DNA of 64,000 nucleotides from a virus (taxonomy: Duplodnaviria; Caudoviricetes), in IMG/VR virus record IMGVR_UViG_3300037308_000440, positions 22,415 to 86,414 of that record. The stretch is one strand, 5' to 3'. The position numbers and the translations under genes are program-made. The first letter of the stretch is position 1; every line of letters begins with the position of its first letter. The notes under the pieces are model-generated. The model was not told where the DNA came from, did no database searches, and saw only the letters and a program-made list of their open reading frames with translations. Positions 16,661 through 25,893 of this stretch are shown one piece after another.

Positions 16661-17510
16661 CGTCTAATAAAAACAAGCTTTCTTTTTTAACTGGTGCATA
16701 CTTTTCAATTGATCTTTTCATAAGTTTATATCTATTTTTTTCTCCTTTAAATGCAGGTTTCAGAGTTTTAACATTTTTATGAAGGTCTTTCTTTTGTTCA
16801 TCTGACATGCCTTTTATTGATTTGATTTGTTCTTTATTAGCTGCGGTTGATTGTTTCATGATTTCGCCTTCTCGTTTTTTAATGCTTCTTTTTGTTTGAC
16901 TAGAAATATGTTCATCTTCTCCGCTATCTTTTCTAGCTTTTTCTAAAGGTTTAAGACCAAGTTTTTTACCATACATTTTCTTTCCATATTTAGTTAATTC
17001 TTTTTCTTTTCTCAAAACTTCATCAGAAGCATGCCCTCCTGAAACACTTAAATTCGCTCCTTGTGGAGCAACTTGACCATGCTTCTTTTGAAATTTTTTC
17101 ATAGATGATACTTCATCAGCTTCATGCCTTTTTATAATTGTTCCAAGACCTTGTTGTTTTTTCTTTAAGCCAGTAGCTACATGGATTCTTCCTCTTCCTC
17201 CACCAGGTTGAACCTTAGCATGAGCTCCTAATGGATTTCTCATTGTTTCACCAGCTTTTACTCCATGAGCTTGAAATCCTGGCTGTCTTGAGGCTGCAAC
17301 ATCTGGTTTATGTTGAACTTTAGCACCCATTTTCTTTAATTTATTTTGAGTTCCCTTTTCAACTCCAGCAACCCATTGTCTAGCAGGTTTAACAAGTCCT
17401 GCTTTTTGAATTTTTCTAACGCTAGTATCACTTAATTTATCCTTTTGAAATTCTTTTTTCCATCTTGAAGCTTCTTGTAAATACATTAGATACTCATCTA
17501 TATTAATCAT
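16653..17510 (-). CDS. Lys-rich putative capsid-internal protein
   Basis: N-terminal IDEYLMYLQE tag, highly basic. Confidence 0.55.
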   Translation of the reverse strand: MINIDEYLMYLQEASRWKKEFQKDKLSDTSVRKIQKAGLVKPARQWVAGVEKGTQNKLKKMGAKVQHKPDVAASRQPGFQAHGVKAGETMRNPLGAHAKVQPGGGRGRIHVATGLKKKQQGLGTIIKRHEADEVSSMKKFQKKHGQVAPQGANLSVSGGHASDEVLRKEKELTKYGKKMYGKKLGLKPLEKARKDSGEDEHISSQTKRSIKKREGEIMKQSTAANKEQIKSIKGMSDEQKKDLHKNVKTLKPAFKGEKNRYKLMKRSIEKYAPVKKESLFLLDVE

Positions 17511-17512
17511 TT

Positions 17513-17689
17513 TTATCTCTCCTCTTTACAAATTTTTAATTCTACTTTATCTTTACATGGAGCGTTTTTATAAACTACTCTTTTCTTTTTCTTACAGTAG
17601 AGCCCGATAAAAGTTCTGCAGGATTTTGATCCATCTTGAATTTTATCGGGCCATTCTGCATATATACATTTAAGATCACAAAATTCCAT
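17513..17689 (-). CDS. 58-aa Cys-rich protein (not in track)
   Basis: MEFCDLKCIYAEWPD..SCRTFIGLYCKKKKRVVYKNAPC; GAGG RBS. Confidence 0.65.
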   Translation of the reverse strand: MEFCDLKCIYAEWPDKIQDGSKSCRTFIGLYCKKKKRVVYKNAPCKDKVELKICKEER

Positions 17690-18660
17690 TATCTTATAAC
17701 TCGTCCTCTCTTAATGTATGACTTTAATTTTTCTGTAGCAGATTTTACTTTAACTATATTTGGGGTTTGTTCTTTTCTAGCAACCTTTTGTAAATTCATA
17801 TCTTTACACACCCAAGCATCTAACATATGATTATCAATATAATTATAACTAATATAACCATATCCTTTTTCACCCCAAGATTGAGACCAACTATTTTTAA
17901 ACTTAATCATTTTTCTTGAGTCATCATACCCAACTGCACAAATCGCATGGCCACCATAAATTTGACCAGAATTTTTAGGATCAGCTACAACTCCATTTGA
18001 ACCAACATTGAATATTTCTTCAAAACATAATATACCAATGGGAATAGGACCATAATTTGCTAATGCAGCTTTAAGTTCTAAACCAGTTGTGATTCTCCAA
18101 TATGATGAAATTTTTAACCACTTTGCAATCCTAGCTGCCATCTTTGATGGTTTGCCAATTGTCGTTGCACTATAAGGCCATTCTTTTTCAAATGGAACTC
18201 CCTGATGTTGCAAAATTTTCATCGCATAACGAATTGAAGTTCCTTCTTCATTTGGCCAAGGATCAATTTTCTTACAATTGTAATATACCCATTGTTCAGA
18301 TAAATCTTTAACTAACTTTGTATCCATAGCAGGTTTCTTTTTTGCTGATACAATTTCTAAACCATATTCTTTTATTTCTTGCCATTCTTTAACAGCTACA
18401 GTTGCAAATGCAACACAGCTTCCCAATTGTCCTTGATCTTTAACAGCAGACATATTATTTGAATAATCAATAGCAGTTGGTAATGTCAACATTAGACTTT
18501 CCATTTGAGTCTTTGTTGTTACCGGCATTGTAGCTTTAAATAAAAAATCTCTTTCATCTTGAGGATCTTTCTTATAACCCATTATACTATTTTTATATGG
18601 AGATTCAACTGCTTTTAATAACTCCAAATTTGGTTTTACTTCTAAAATAACATTAGACAT
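17689..18660 (-). CDS. papain-like cysteine protease (C1A)
   Basis: KDQGQLGSCVAFA, GGHAICAVGY, KNSWSQSWGEKGY: Q/C/H/N residues intact. Confidence 0.93.
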   Translation of the reverse strand: MSNVILEVKPNLELLKAVESPYKNSIMGYKKDPQDERDFLFKATMPVTTKTQMESLMLTLPTAIDYSNNMSAVKDQGQLGSCVAFATVAVKEWQEIKEYGLEIVSAKKKPAMDTKLVKDLSEQWVYYNCKKIDPWPNEEGTSIRYAMKILQHQGVPFEKEWPYSATTIGKPSKMAARIAKWLKISSYWRITTGLELKAALANYGPIPIGILCFEEIFNVGSNGVVADPKNSGQIYGGHAICAVGYDDSRKMIKFKNSWSQSWGEKGYGYISYNYIDNHMLDAWVCKDMNLQKVARKEQTPNIVKVKSATEKLKSYIKRGRVIR

Positions 18661-18663
18661 ATT

Positions 18664-19110
18664 TTAATCCTCCAATTGTCTTAAATAAATCTCTACTAAA
18701 TTTTTCTTCATATAGTTTTCAATTACTTTAATATCATTAATATCTTTAGGACGTTTCATACATTGTTTCCATTCTAAAACATCCTGTAATGATTGAAAAT
18801 GAAACCCATTAACAACTTTAGATCTTTTAAGATGATCTTCAACTTTATCTTTAACACACACAAATCTATGATCTGCTTCTATCAAACCATCCTTTGTTTC
18901 CAGCATTTTTCCATTCGGAGAAAATCTAGAATCTTTAAGCATGTTATCATAAACTTTTTTTGTTACCCATAAATCAATATCATTATTTTCTTTAAGTCCA
19001 TAAAGGGCCATTGTTCCTGACCCTACTATAAGCATTTCATTTAATGGGTAACCTAGTTTTTTAAGTTTATTTATATGTTTTACATTTTTAATATTCATTA
19101 ATACTCCCAT
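18664..19110 (-). CDS. minimal nucleotidyltransferase-fold protein
   Basis: IVGSGTMALYG..NDIDLWV..RPKDINDI; C-terminal VEIYLRQLED tag. Confidence 0.65.
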   Translation of the reverse strand: MGVLMNIKNVKHINKLKKLGYPLNEMLIVGSGTMALYGLKENNDIDLWVTKKVYDNMLKDSRFSPNGKMLETKDGLIEADHRFVCVKDKVEDHLKRSKVVNGFHFQSLQDVLEWKQCMKRPKDINDIKVIENYMKKNLVEIYLRQLED

Positions 19111-20114
19111 TCAGGAATCTGCTCTAATCTAACATCATATTTATTTACTTCTTTATCTAATCTTAATCTTTCAAATGATGGGTGTGAAAATGTTATAGAT
19201 TTATGCATTCCTTTATGTTCATATTTATTTCCTTCAAATGTAAGTAAAGTAGTTGGAGTAATTCTATATCTAAAAAACTTAACTTCTATAACTAATTTTG
19301 GTTTAACACATATTTCACCATCTTTTTTATACAAAGCGTTTTCATTTAAATAGTTATAAAAATAGATTCTTTTCTCTTGTGTAAATCCAGTTCCAATTTT
19401 TGATGAAGTCCTATATAATCCATTTCTATCTAGAAATGCAGTTGTTAAATATGAAACTTGCCCTTTCTTCCAAGCAGGGAGCCCCTCTTTTCCACCACCT
19501 GTTACTACTAAATCAACTGTTCCTGTGAATTTAACCTTATAATTTTTTCCGTTAATTTCTCTAGCGACAACTCCATCAAAACCAGTTTGATTTGAAACTA
19601 AACTATACAACAATCTAAAATCATCAATCCCGCCTTGTATTGTCTTTAATGTTCGTATATGTTCAGACATATTTTTGAAATTCTTTTGAATAAAAGCGGA
19701 TGCCTTTTTGAAATCATAAGAGTTATCATTAATAGAAACAATATCATAAGGATAATGATATACTAAAGGTTTATTTTGTTCTAGATAAGATTTTTTAATA
19801 ATACTTTGTGCATCATTAAATGGCAAGATAGTATTATTTTTGACGGCTACCATCTCACCAGGAATTAATGCTTGTTTAATATCATTTTTTTCAAAGAAAG
19901 TTTTATATTCATTCAAAACAGGCAATTCATCAAAGTAATGTCCTGTAGTAGATTGAAACTTTAAACTATGTCTATCATAAATTAATAATCCCAACATACT
20001 ATCAATCTTTTCAATAAAAATTCCTGATGCAGTCGGGTATTCAGTTACAAATTCTTCATATGATACTTGTTGTAAATTCAGTTTCTTCTTCCATTCTAAA
20101 GCGTAGTTTATCAT
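19098..20114 (-). CDS. ATP-dependent DNA ligase (LigD/LigC ligase + OB domain), divergent
   Basis: EKIDS (KxDG-like), PGEMV, YPYDIV, DGVV, YKVK, IGTGFT, KPKLVIEVKF, HPSFERLRLDK. Confidence 0.85.
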   Translation of the reverse strand: MINYALEWKKKLNLQQVSYEEFVTEYPTASGIFIEKIDSMLGLLIYDRHSLKFQSTTGHYFDELPVLNEYKTFFEKNDIKQALIPGEMVAVKNNTILPFNDAQSIIKKSYLEQNKPLVYHYPYDIVSINDNSYDFKKASAFIQKNFKNMSEHIRTLKTIQGGIDDFRLLYSLVSNQTGFDGVVAREINGKNYKVKFTGTVDLVVTGGGKEGLPAWKKGQVSYLTTAFLDRNGLYRTSSKIGTGFTQEKRIYFYNYLNENALYKKDGEICVKPKLVIEVKFFRYRITPTTLLTFEGNKYEHKGMHKSITFSHPSFERLRLDKEVNKYDVRLEQIPEWEY

Positions 20115-20254
20115 TCAAGTCTCCTAATTAATACTTCGTGAAAACCAGACATTCAACATCGGCCAAAGTATATATAAAACACCACCAGCAAATACAACTA
20201 AACTAACTCCCAATCCGACAAGAAACCCTTTAACAAATTGCATTTAAACCTCCG

Positions 20255-20947
20255 TTATATTCTAGCCATTCTTGGATCAAATTTAAGTAAGTCTCTATAT
20301 GGAATATCCATACAGCGCAATCCCAATATTGATAGTGAATATAAACTTATATAATTCCCTCTAATCTTATTTGGATGCAAATCTAAATTTGGAACCCCAG
20401 GTGTTCGCTTTCCTGATACAGTATAGGCTCTAACGAGCGGAGAGCTTCTTAGGAAGGTTTCTAATAAGTGCCTTATTGTGTCAACCTTCATCTTTCTTTC
20501 AAAGTCACAGACGATGTGAAACGATGTCTTACCTGTAAATCGTATTGATACCTTCTTAACAACAGGAACTTTATCCATTATATAATCATAAGTATCTAAT
20601 GTAACTTTCTTTGCCCATCTGAAACCATCAGTTGGGTCTACGTCAATATCAATTATTCCGAACTCTTCATATTGGCGCATAGCAGAATGGATACTAACTG
20701 TTCTTCCAGTAATAATAGAATTGTAGTTTTGAGGAGTTAATCTAATATAACTTTCTCCTGCCTTTCTTTTAGCAATGAATTTATTCTCTTCAACTGCAAT
20801 AAAAAACATTAGATCTTTTAATTTAGTTTCATCTAATAGAGGATGTTTAACACTTTGATAGTAATCCCAAATTTGCTGTTCAGTTAATCCCTTCGGATAA
20901 AATTGATTTCTAACAACAATAGTTTGAGGATTTTGTGGAATTGACAT
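20255..20947 (-). CDS. LigD-type primase-polymerase (AEP) domain
   Basis: FYP..IWDYY, IIDIDVD, FTGKTSFHI, LDLHPN, SLYS. Confidence 0.8.
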   Translation of the reverse strand: MSIPQNPQTIVVRNQFYPKGLTEQQIWDYYQSVKHPLLDETKLKDLMFFIAVEENKFIAKRKAGESYIRLTPQNYNSIITGRTVSIHSAMRQYEEFGIIDIDVDPTDGFRWAKKVTLDTYDYIMDKVPVVKKVSIRFTGKTSFHIVCDFERKMKVDTIRHLLETFLRSSPLVRAYTVSGKRTPGVPNLDLHPNKIRGNYISLYSLSILGLRCMDIPYRDLLKFDPRMARI

Positions 20948-20973
20948 TTAGTTAAGTCTCCAAACGATATTCA

Positions 20974-20991
20974 TTATAAGTTTGTTCTAAA
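20974..20991 (-). promoter_or_regulatory. phage motif A
   Basis: TTTAGAACAAACTTATAA upstream of GGAG RBS of 20947. Confidence 0.5.
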
Positions 20992-21009
20992 GTATATATA
21001 TTAATACTT
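20990..21009 (+). promoter_or_regulatory. motif B variant
   Basis: AAGTATATATATTAATACTT upstream of 21040. Confidence 0.45.
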
Positions 21010-21039
21010 GAATACAAATCTCACGGAAGGAGGATTTTT

Positions 21040-21309
21040 ATGCCAGTTTCAAGACAAAGCAGAAATGCAAGAGGATTGTTTTCAGGATGTGGCCGATATG
21101 GTTACAGCAACAATGGATCTGGGAAGTGGCTAGACATCGAAAAAATCGGTGTCAGCCAGATTCCAACCAACCTCAAAAACCTTTTGGCTCTCCTGATAAA
21201 CAAAAGTCGGGAAAAGGGAGAAGAGCTGATTCTTGAGTACTACAGGAGAGGACTAATCAACAGCGCCGAGTTTGATATTGCTGTTGATAGCCTAAAGCCA
21301 AAAAGATGA
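21040..21309 (+). CDS. hypothetical protein
   Basis: GGAGG RBS; only + gene in a 25-kb minus block. Confidence 0.75.
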   Translation: MPVSRQSRNARGLFSGCGRYGYSNNGSGKWLDIEKIGVSQIPTNLKNLLALLINKSREKGEELILEYYRRGLINSAEFDIAVDSLKPKR

Positions 21310-21315
21310 TCGTGG

Positions 21316-21353
21316 GGAAGCGAAGAAGTCAGGCCGAAACCTTCTTCGCTTCC
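21316..21353. terminator. 13-bp hairpin between convergent genes
   Basis: GGAAGCGAAGAAG/CTTCTTCGCTTCC; weak T-tracts. Confidence 0.55.
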
Positions 21354-21359
21354 AGAAAC

Positions 21360-21524
21360 TCAAGTTTGATGAGCATATCTAATTTTTTCTCTTGGAGCTT
21401 CGTCAGTGAATGTTATGCCAACAAGCTCCTCCATTCTAGATCCACATTTTGGGCATGTGTCAAGTTTATCTTTTGAAGTCTCAACGTTATCGCATCTAGT
21501 ACAACTATACAACTTTTTGCTCAT
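21360..21524 (-). CDS. 54-aa zinc-ribbon protein (not in track)
   Basis: YSCTRCD..TCPKCGSRM; motif A at 21546-21563 upstream. Confidence 0.75.
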   Translation of the reverse strand: MSKKLYSCTRCDNVETSKDKLDTCPKCGSRMEELVGITFTDEAPREKIRYAHQT

Positions 21525-21571
21525 TTTTAAACCTTTTGTCTCCTTTTATTTTTTTGTTCTAAATTTATAAT

Positions 21572-21865
21572 TTACGTTCTTAAATTATAAATTTGTTGTA
21601 ACCCTATTTTTAACTTTGAACCAACTGTAAATGGATGTTGTAGTTTTAAATTTGTAATTACTACTCCAATAATGAAACACTCACAAACATCTGTAACAAC
21701 AACCCAGAATCTTTCACTACCTTGATTAGCTTCAACATAATTTCCTACTTGAACCTGATCAATACTCTGGATGCATTTCGGGGATTCTTTACAAGAATAT
21801 TCTCTAGATAAATCCCATGCATTAATACAATCTTCACAGTCATAGTCAAATTCTTTACAGGTCAT
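21572..21865 (-). CDS. hypothetical protein (Cys-rich N-terminus, DUF2314-like C-terminus)
   Basis: GSERFWVVV..IIGVVITNL. Confidence 0.55.
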   Translation of the reverse strand: MTCKEFDYDCEDCINAWDLSREYSCKESPKCIQSIDQVQVGNYVEANQGSERFWVVVTDVCECFIIGVVITNLKLQHPFTVGSKLKIGLQQIYNLRT

Positions 21866-22545
21866 ACTAGTTCTCCATTCAAAAAATTTGAAATAATAGA
21901 TTTTATTAATCCAGAATCTCTCATCTCTTTAACTACTTTATGATTAGAACTATCTAAAGGATAAAGTTCTACATTTTTAAAATGCGAAATTCGTTCTACA
22001 TATTTTTTATCACATTCATTGTGTTCTCCGTAATAAATTTTATATTTAGTATAATTATTATTATATCTTTCTAAAATAACTTTTAAATCAGTTTCTTCTT
22101 TATTAATATTTAATCCTCTAAATTTTTCATTCAATCTATGTTTCTTGTATCTATAATTACTTAAATAAGTTTGTGGGGCAATTGCAACTACTAAATCTAA
22201 ATTACAAAGACACCCAAATAAAATTGAACCATAGCCGCCTAAAGAACTACCAATAACCATAGTTTTTTTAACATTAGCTTTAATTATCTCTTTTTTAAGA
22301 AATTTAGAAACTACATGAGGACCTATTCCATCTAAACCTTCAAACCTTGTTTGCCACCACGCATAATCATTATCTTTAACAAATAATTTTTTAAATTTAA
22401 AAGTATCGGAAATATTATTAGTGAGATTGCCCCACTCAAATTTTCCTGGTTTAATATCTCCTGTAATTGGATTATAAACTAAAGATGTCAATGCTATAAC
22501 TAATGAATCACTATCAATATCAAAATCTTCTTTAATCCAATTCAT
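21862..22545 (-). CDS. alpha/beta-hydrolase
   Basis: IGSSLGGYGS nucleophile elbow, APQT, C-terminal H. Confidence 0.8.
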   Translation of the reverse strand: MNWIKEDFDIDSDSLVIALTSLVYNPITGDIKPGKFEWGNLTNNISDTFKFKKLFVKDNDYAWWQTRFEGLDGIGPHVVSKFLKKEIIKANVKKTMVIGSSLGGYGSILFGCLCNLDLVVAIAPQTYLSNYRYKKHRLNEKFRGLNINKEETDLKVILERYNNNYTKYKIYYGEHNECDKKYVERISHFKNVELYPLDSSNHKVVKEMRDSGLIKSIISNFLNGELV

Positions 22546-23150
22546 TTTATTCCCAGCCAGATATCATAAACCTTATTCATTTTATCAGTTTCTTTTAAGT
22601 GTTGAAACTGATCTCTCAAATCTCTTAAAACACTAAAATTAGTTATCCCCTCATTTTTAAACCTAGTTAGCATTTGTTCTTTTAAATATTCTTTTCCTGG
22701 AATTTTAAGAACATCAAATGTTATAATAACTTTTTTCAATTTATGAAACTCTCCAGAATCTAATAAATCATTTAAAACTTCTATTTCAGCTCCCTCTATA
22801 TTAATTTTTGCATATATTTCATCTAAAGTACTTAAATTATCTTTAAACCAATTAGAAGCTTTTATAAATTTACACCTTTCAGTTCTATTGTTAGGATGCG
22901 AAACTAGTTTCTCTTTAAAAATACTAGAACCAACATTACCAGGATTATACATTATCTTCTTACATGACTCAGAAAAAAGTCCATATTCATTTAATACAAT
23001 TTTTTTATCATCTCGTTTAATTTTTCTTAACTTTAAATGATTTTCTTTTATTGGTTCGAAACAATAAATTTTATCAAACGCATATTTTTTCTGGCAGATA
23101 ATCACCAATGTTTCACCATGATGTGAACCAATATCTAAAAAGATTTTCAT
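22542..23150 (-). CDS. FkbM-family SAM methyltransferase
   Basis: FLDIGSHHGE, CFEP, KINIEGAEIEVL. Confidence 0.88.
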   Translation of the reverse strand: MKIFLDIGSHHGETLVIICQKKYAFDKIYCFEPIKENHLKLRKIKRDDKKIVLNEYGLFSESCKKIMYNPGNVGSSIFKEKLVSHPNNRTERCKFIKASNWFKDNLSTLDEIYAKINIEGAEIEVLNDLLDSGEFHKLKKVIITFDVLKIPGKEYLKEQMLTRFKNEGITNFSVLRDLRDQFQHLKETDKMNKVYDIWLGIK

Positions 23151-23159
23151 TTCAGTCTC

Positions 23160-23894
23160 CTAATAATTATGCGAATCAAATTTTCCATCGCTAACTACTA
23201 TATATTTATGAACTTTTTCTCTAGATTTTTTCAAATTCATCTTCTTTTTCCAGTCATTACCAATATCTTGATAAATAGAAGAATGAGGGTATAAACTAAA
23301 TTTCCATTGATATAAAAACATCTTACAAAATTCTTTTTTTGAATATCTAAATTGTTTCTCTATATTTTTCTTATTATTAATAAAATTCAACGACCCCTTA
23401 ATAAAACTATTTCTTATAAGATGTGGTCTAGTACCAAAACAAGAACCATAATCTTCTGTTATAAACAATCCTTTATCTAAATGCCATTTAACATAATAGA
23501 AAATTTTATCTTTAACTTTAATTTTATGCGAAGGAAAACTAATTGATGCAACATCTGGTCTTTTTTCTAATTGTTCAATACACCAATCTAAATCTACTTT
23601 TCTTAGTAATAATTTGTCATCTTCCCAATGTAAAAAATAATTTGATTCTGCTGAGTTCCAAAGCCATAAAACTGCATTTTCAAATGAAGCTTCAATATTA
23701 TACTTTGGAATAGTGAAAAAATATTTTGAAGCTAGTTTATATATTTCTTTAGATTTGATCTTTGAACCAATAGGATCTATACTTAAAAATAATCTAATAT
23801 CGCCACTAAACTTTAAGTTTTTCTTTAAACTAGAAAGAGTTTCTTCAATAACTTCTGGCCTTAGAAGCGAAGTCATAGTTATATCTAATTGCAT
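23160..23894 (-). CDS. GT-A (GT2-like) glycosyltransferase
   Basis: ITMTSLLRP..YFLHWEDD (DxD-like). Confidence 0.8.
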   Translation of the reverse strand: MQLDITMTSLLRPEVIEETLSSLKKNLKFSGDIRLFLSIDPIGSKIKSKEIYKLASKYFFTIPKYNIEASFENAVLWLWNSAESNYFLHWEDDKLLLRKVDLDWCIEQLEKRPDVASISFPSHKIKVKDKIFYYVKWHLDKGLFITEDYGSCFGTRPHLIRNSFIKGSLNFINNKKNIEKQFRYSKKEFCKMFLYQWKFSLYPHSSIYQDIGNDWKKKMNLKKSREKVHKYIVVSDGKFDSHNY

Positions 23895-23896
23895 AA

Positions 23897-25075
23897 TTAT
23901 CCTATCTTAAAAAGATGCCTAGAACCACCATGCTTATTAGTTGTTCTTATAAAAGAAACTTTTTTATTTGTTAATGAATTAAGATATTCTTTAATAACTT
24001 CTTTTGAAGTAAATTTTTTAACTAAAAATTTTCCATTACTTTCAAGACCTGCTGTTTGAAAAAACATTTCTTTGCTATTTTCAATAAGTTTTTTCATAAT
24101 TAAATCAACATTATTACCAAATTGTTTATATAACCACATATGAACATTCATACATATTACTAAATCTACTTTATCAAATTCAGTTTCAGTATTCAAACCA
24201 TTAATAAATTTAACACTATCAAGTCTAAAAATATTTTTCAAATTATTTAAAAAATTGAATAATAAAGGATCTGCTTCATAACCTATAGCTACCTTTAAGT
24301 TATATTTTCTTAAAAAATTAAATAAAGAATACGCTGATGCACATCCAATGTCAATAACTGATGAAATTGGGTTATTAATTAATTCATCCATCTCTTTAAA
24401 CTCATTTGAAATATCTCGTTGATACTTAATATCTCTAAAATAAGGCAAATCTATCATTTGATATGTCATTCCCACTTTACTCATTGACCCATCATAATAT
24501 TTTTTTCCAAACTCTTTAATAGTTTTTTTAAGTAAAGATATTTCTAAATTTATCTTAGAATATAACTTATCAATCTCGTTTTTAATTTTTTCAATAGCTT
24601 CTTTGTCATTAGTACCATAAATAGGATTTAATCCACCAGAAGGTATTTGAGTATTAATATCAAAAGTAGCCCAATAAAAATCTATAAGTTTTAAACTTTT
24701 TTCTTCCTCACTAAAAAGTATATTTCCAGGATTTATATCTCTATGATATATTTTTTTAGTTTGTAAAACTTTATATATTTCATCTAATTGTTTTTTTATA
24801 GTTTCAGGAGATAAAGTAAATAAAACTCTTCTTAAATTATTTTCAAATATTTCCCTTTTATTTCCTAAAGAGTTAGAATACTTTTTCATTACATAACTTT
24901 TTTCAGATAAATTTATATCATAAATTAATGGAGAATATTCATTATCTTTAGAAAACTTTTCTAAACATTTAATCTCATTCTCAAAAGTAGAATATTTATT
25001 TTTGGGATTTGTAACATCATATTTTTTAATAACATTATTTTCATTAAAAATTATTTGTGCTTGAGTCATATCCAT
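23897..25075 (-). CDS. kinase-SAM methyltransferase fusion
   Basis: N: NEIKCL, HRDINPGNIL, LIDF; C: VIDIGCASAY, GYEAD, DLVICMNV. Confidence 0.82.
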   Translation of the reverse strand: MDMTQAQIIFNENNVIKKYDVTNPKNKYSTFENEIKCLEKFSKDNEYSPLIYDINLSEKSYVMKKYSNSLGNKREIFENNLRRVLFTLSPETIKKQLDEIYKVLQTKKIYHRDINPGNILFSEEEKSLKLIDFYWATFDINTQIPSGGLNPIYGTNDKEAIEKIKNEIDKLYSKINLEISLLKKTIKEFGKKYYDGSMSKVGMTYQMIDLPYFRDIKYQRDISNEFKEMDELINNPISSVIDIGCASAYSLFNFLRKYNLKVAIGYEADPLLFNFLNNLKNIFRLDSVKFINGLNTETEFDKVDLVICMNVHMWLYKQFGNNVDLIMKKLIENSKEMFFQTAGLESNGKFLVKKFTSKEVIKEYLNSLTNKKVSFIRTTNKHGGSRHLFKIG

Positions 25076-25893
25076 TCCTCATATTTTTTACCCTCTTCAG
25101 TTAACACTAACTCTAAAGGAGAATATAAACTAAAATTAACAAAAGGTTCAAGTCTTGGATGTAAATATTTTTGTAACCAAAGTTCAATAACATATCCTAT
25201 ATCAATTGTTCTTCCGCCTTCTTCTTTTATAACTCCAGAATAAATTCTTCCCAACTCTCCAGCAGCGACTAACCAAAAATCATAATATCTAGCATATTTT
25301 TTTATATATTTAATAGTTTCATTAAATGAGTTAATATATTGATTTTGATTATGTCCTACTACTCTTTTAATATTAGTATCATAACCAAAATGGTTCATCA
25401 ACTTAATTATTTCTCTTCTTACTGCAATAAAGCAAACATTTCTTCCTTTCATAACATCTAATAAATTTCTTTTACCAAATCTTCTTAAAATCATTAAATA
25501 ATTAGATTCAGGATTACAATAATTATCGTTAAAAAATTCCGCCCTGTCATAAAGTTCTTTCCACATCTCAAGCCTTTGTCTTGTATGTTCGCTTATTTGT
25601 TTATCAAATCTTTTAACACGAGGCCAAAATTTTCCATTTAAATAAACTTGTGGTGTATCAATAAAATCAGCTTGTCTTGCATAATAAGCCCAAAGTTCCA
25701 TTGTTTCAACTATTTGATCCTTTGGTAATCCTTCCTTGGGGACAATATCATTTAATTGTCTTTTGTCATTATATATAATTCCATGTAAATATTTAATTCC
25801 ACCATCTCCAAATCTTATATGTGAAAATGGTAACTTATATTGGATACAATTCTCAAGTTTATTAAGAATATCATCCACAGTATGAATAATCAT
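25066..25893 (-). CDS. GT-D-fold (DUF1792-like) glycosyltransferase
   Basis: SHIRFGDGG, VAAGELG, IDIG motifs. Confidence 0.7.
   Translation of the reverse strand: MIIHTVDDILNKLENCIQYKLPFSHIRFGDGGIKYLHGIIYNDKRQLNDIVPKEGLPKDQIVETMELWAYYARQADFIDTPQVYLNGKFWPRVKRFDKQISEHTRQRLEMWKELYDRAEFFNDNYCNPESNYLMILRRFGKRNLLDVMKGRNVCFIAVRREIIKLMNHFGYDTNIKRVVGHNQNQYINSFNETIKYIKKYARYYDFWLVAAGELGRIYSGVIKEEGGRTIDIGYVIELWLQKYLHPRLEPFVNFSLYSPLELVLTEEGKKYEEWI

Noticed and set aside
16653-17510. RHEADE as a zinc-metalloprotease motif
   Set aside because: HExxE rather than HExxH, in a low-complexity basic protein; insufficient support
20153-20243. Minus-strand hydrophobic micro-ORF ending RC-TGA (possible CU motif or frameshift)
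   Set aside because: The ATG frame stops after 13 codons and the TM segment is in another frame; no SECIS-like hairpin; cannot separate pseudogene, TTG start or sequence error
21307-21362. Strong hairpin about 6 nt after two convergent TGA stops (possible SECIS)
   Set aside because: Symmetric position between convergent genes fits a bidirectional terminator; neither TGA is in a Cys-like context
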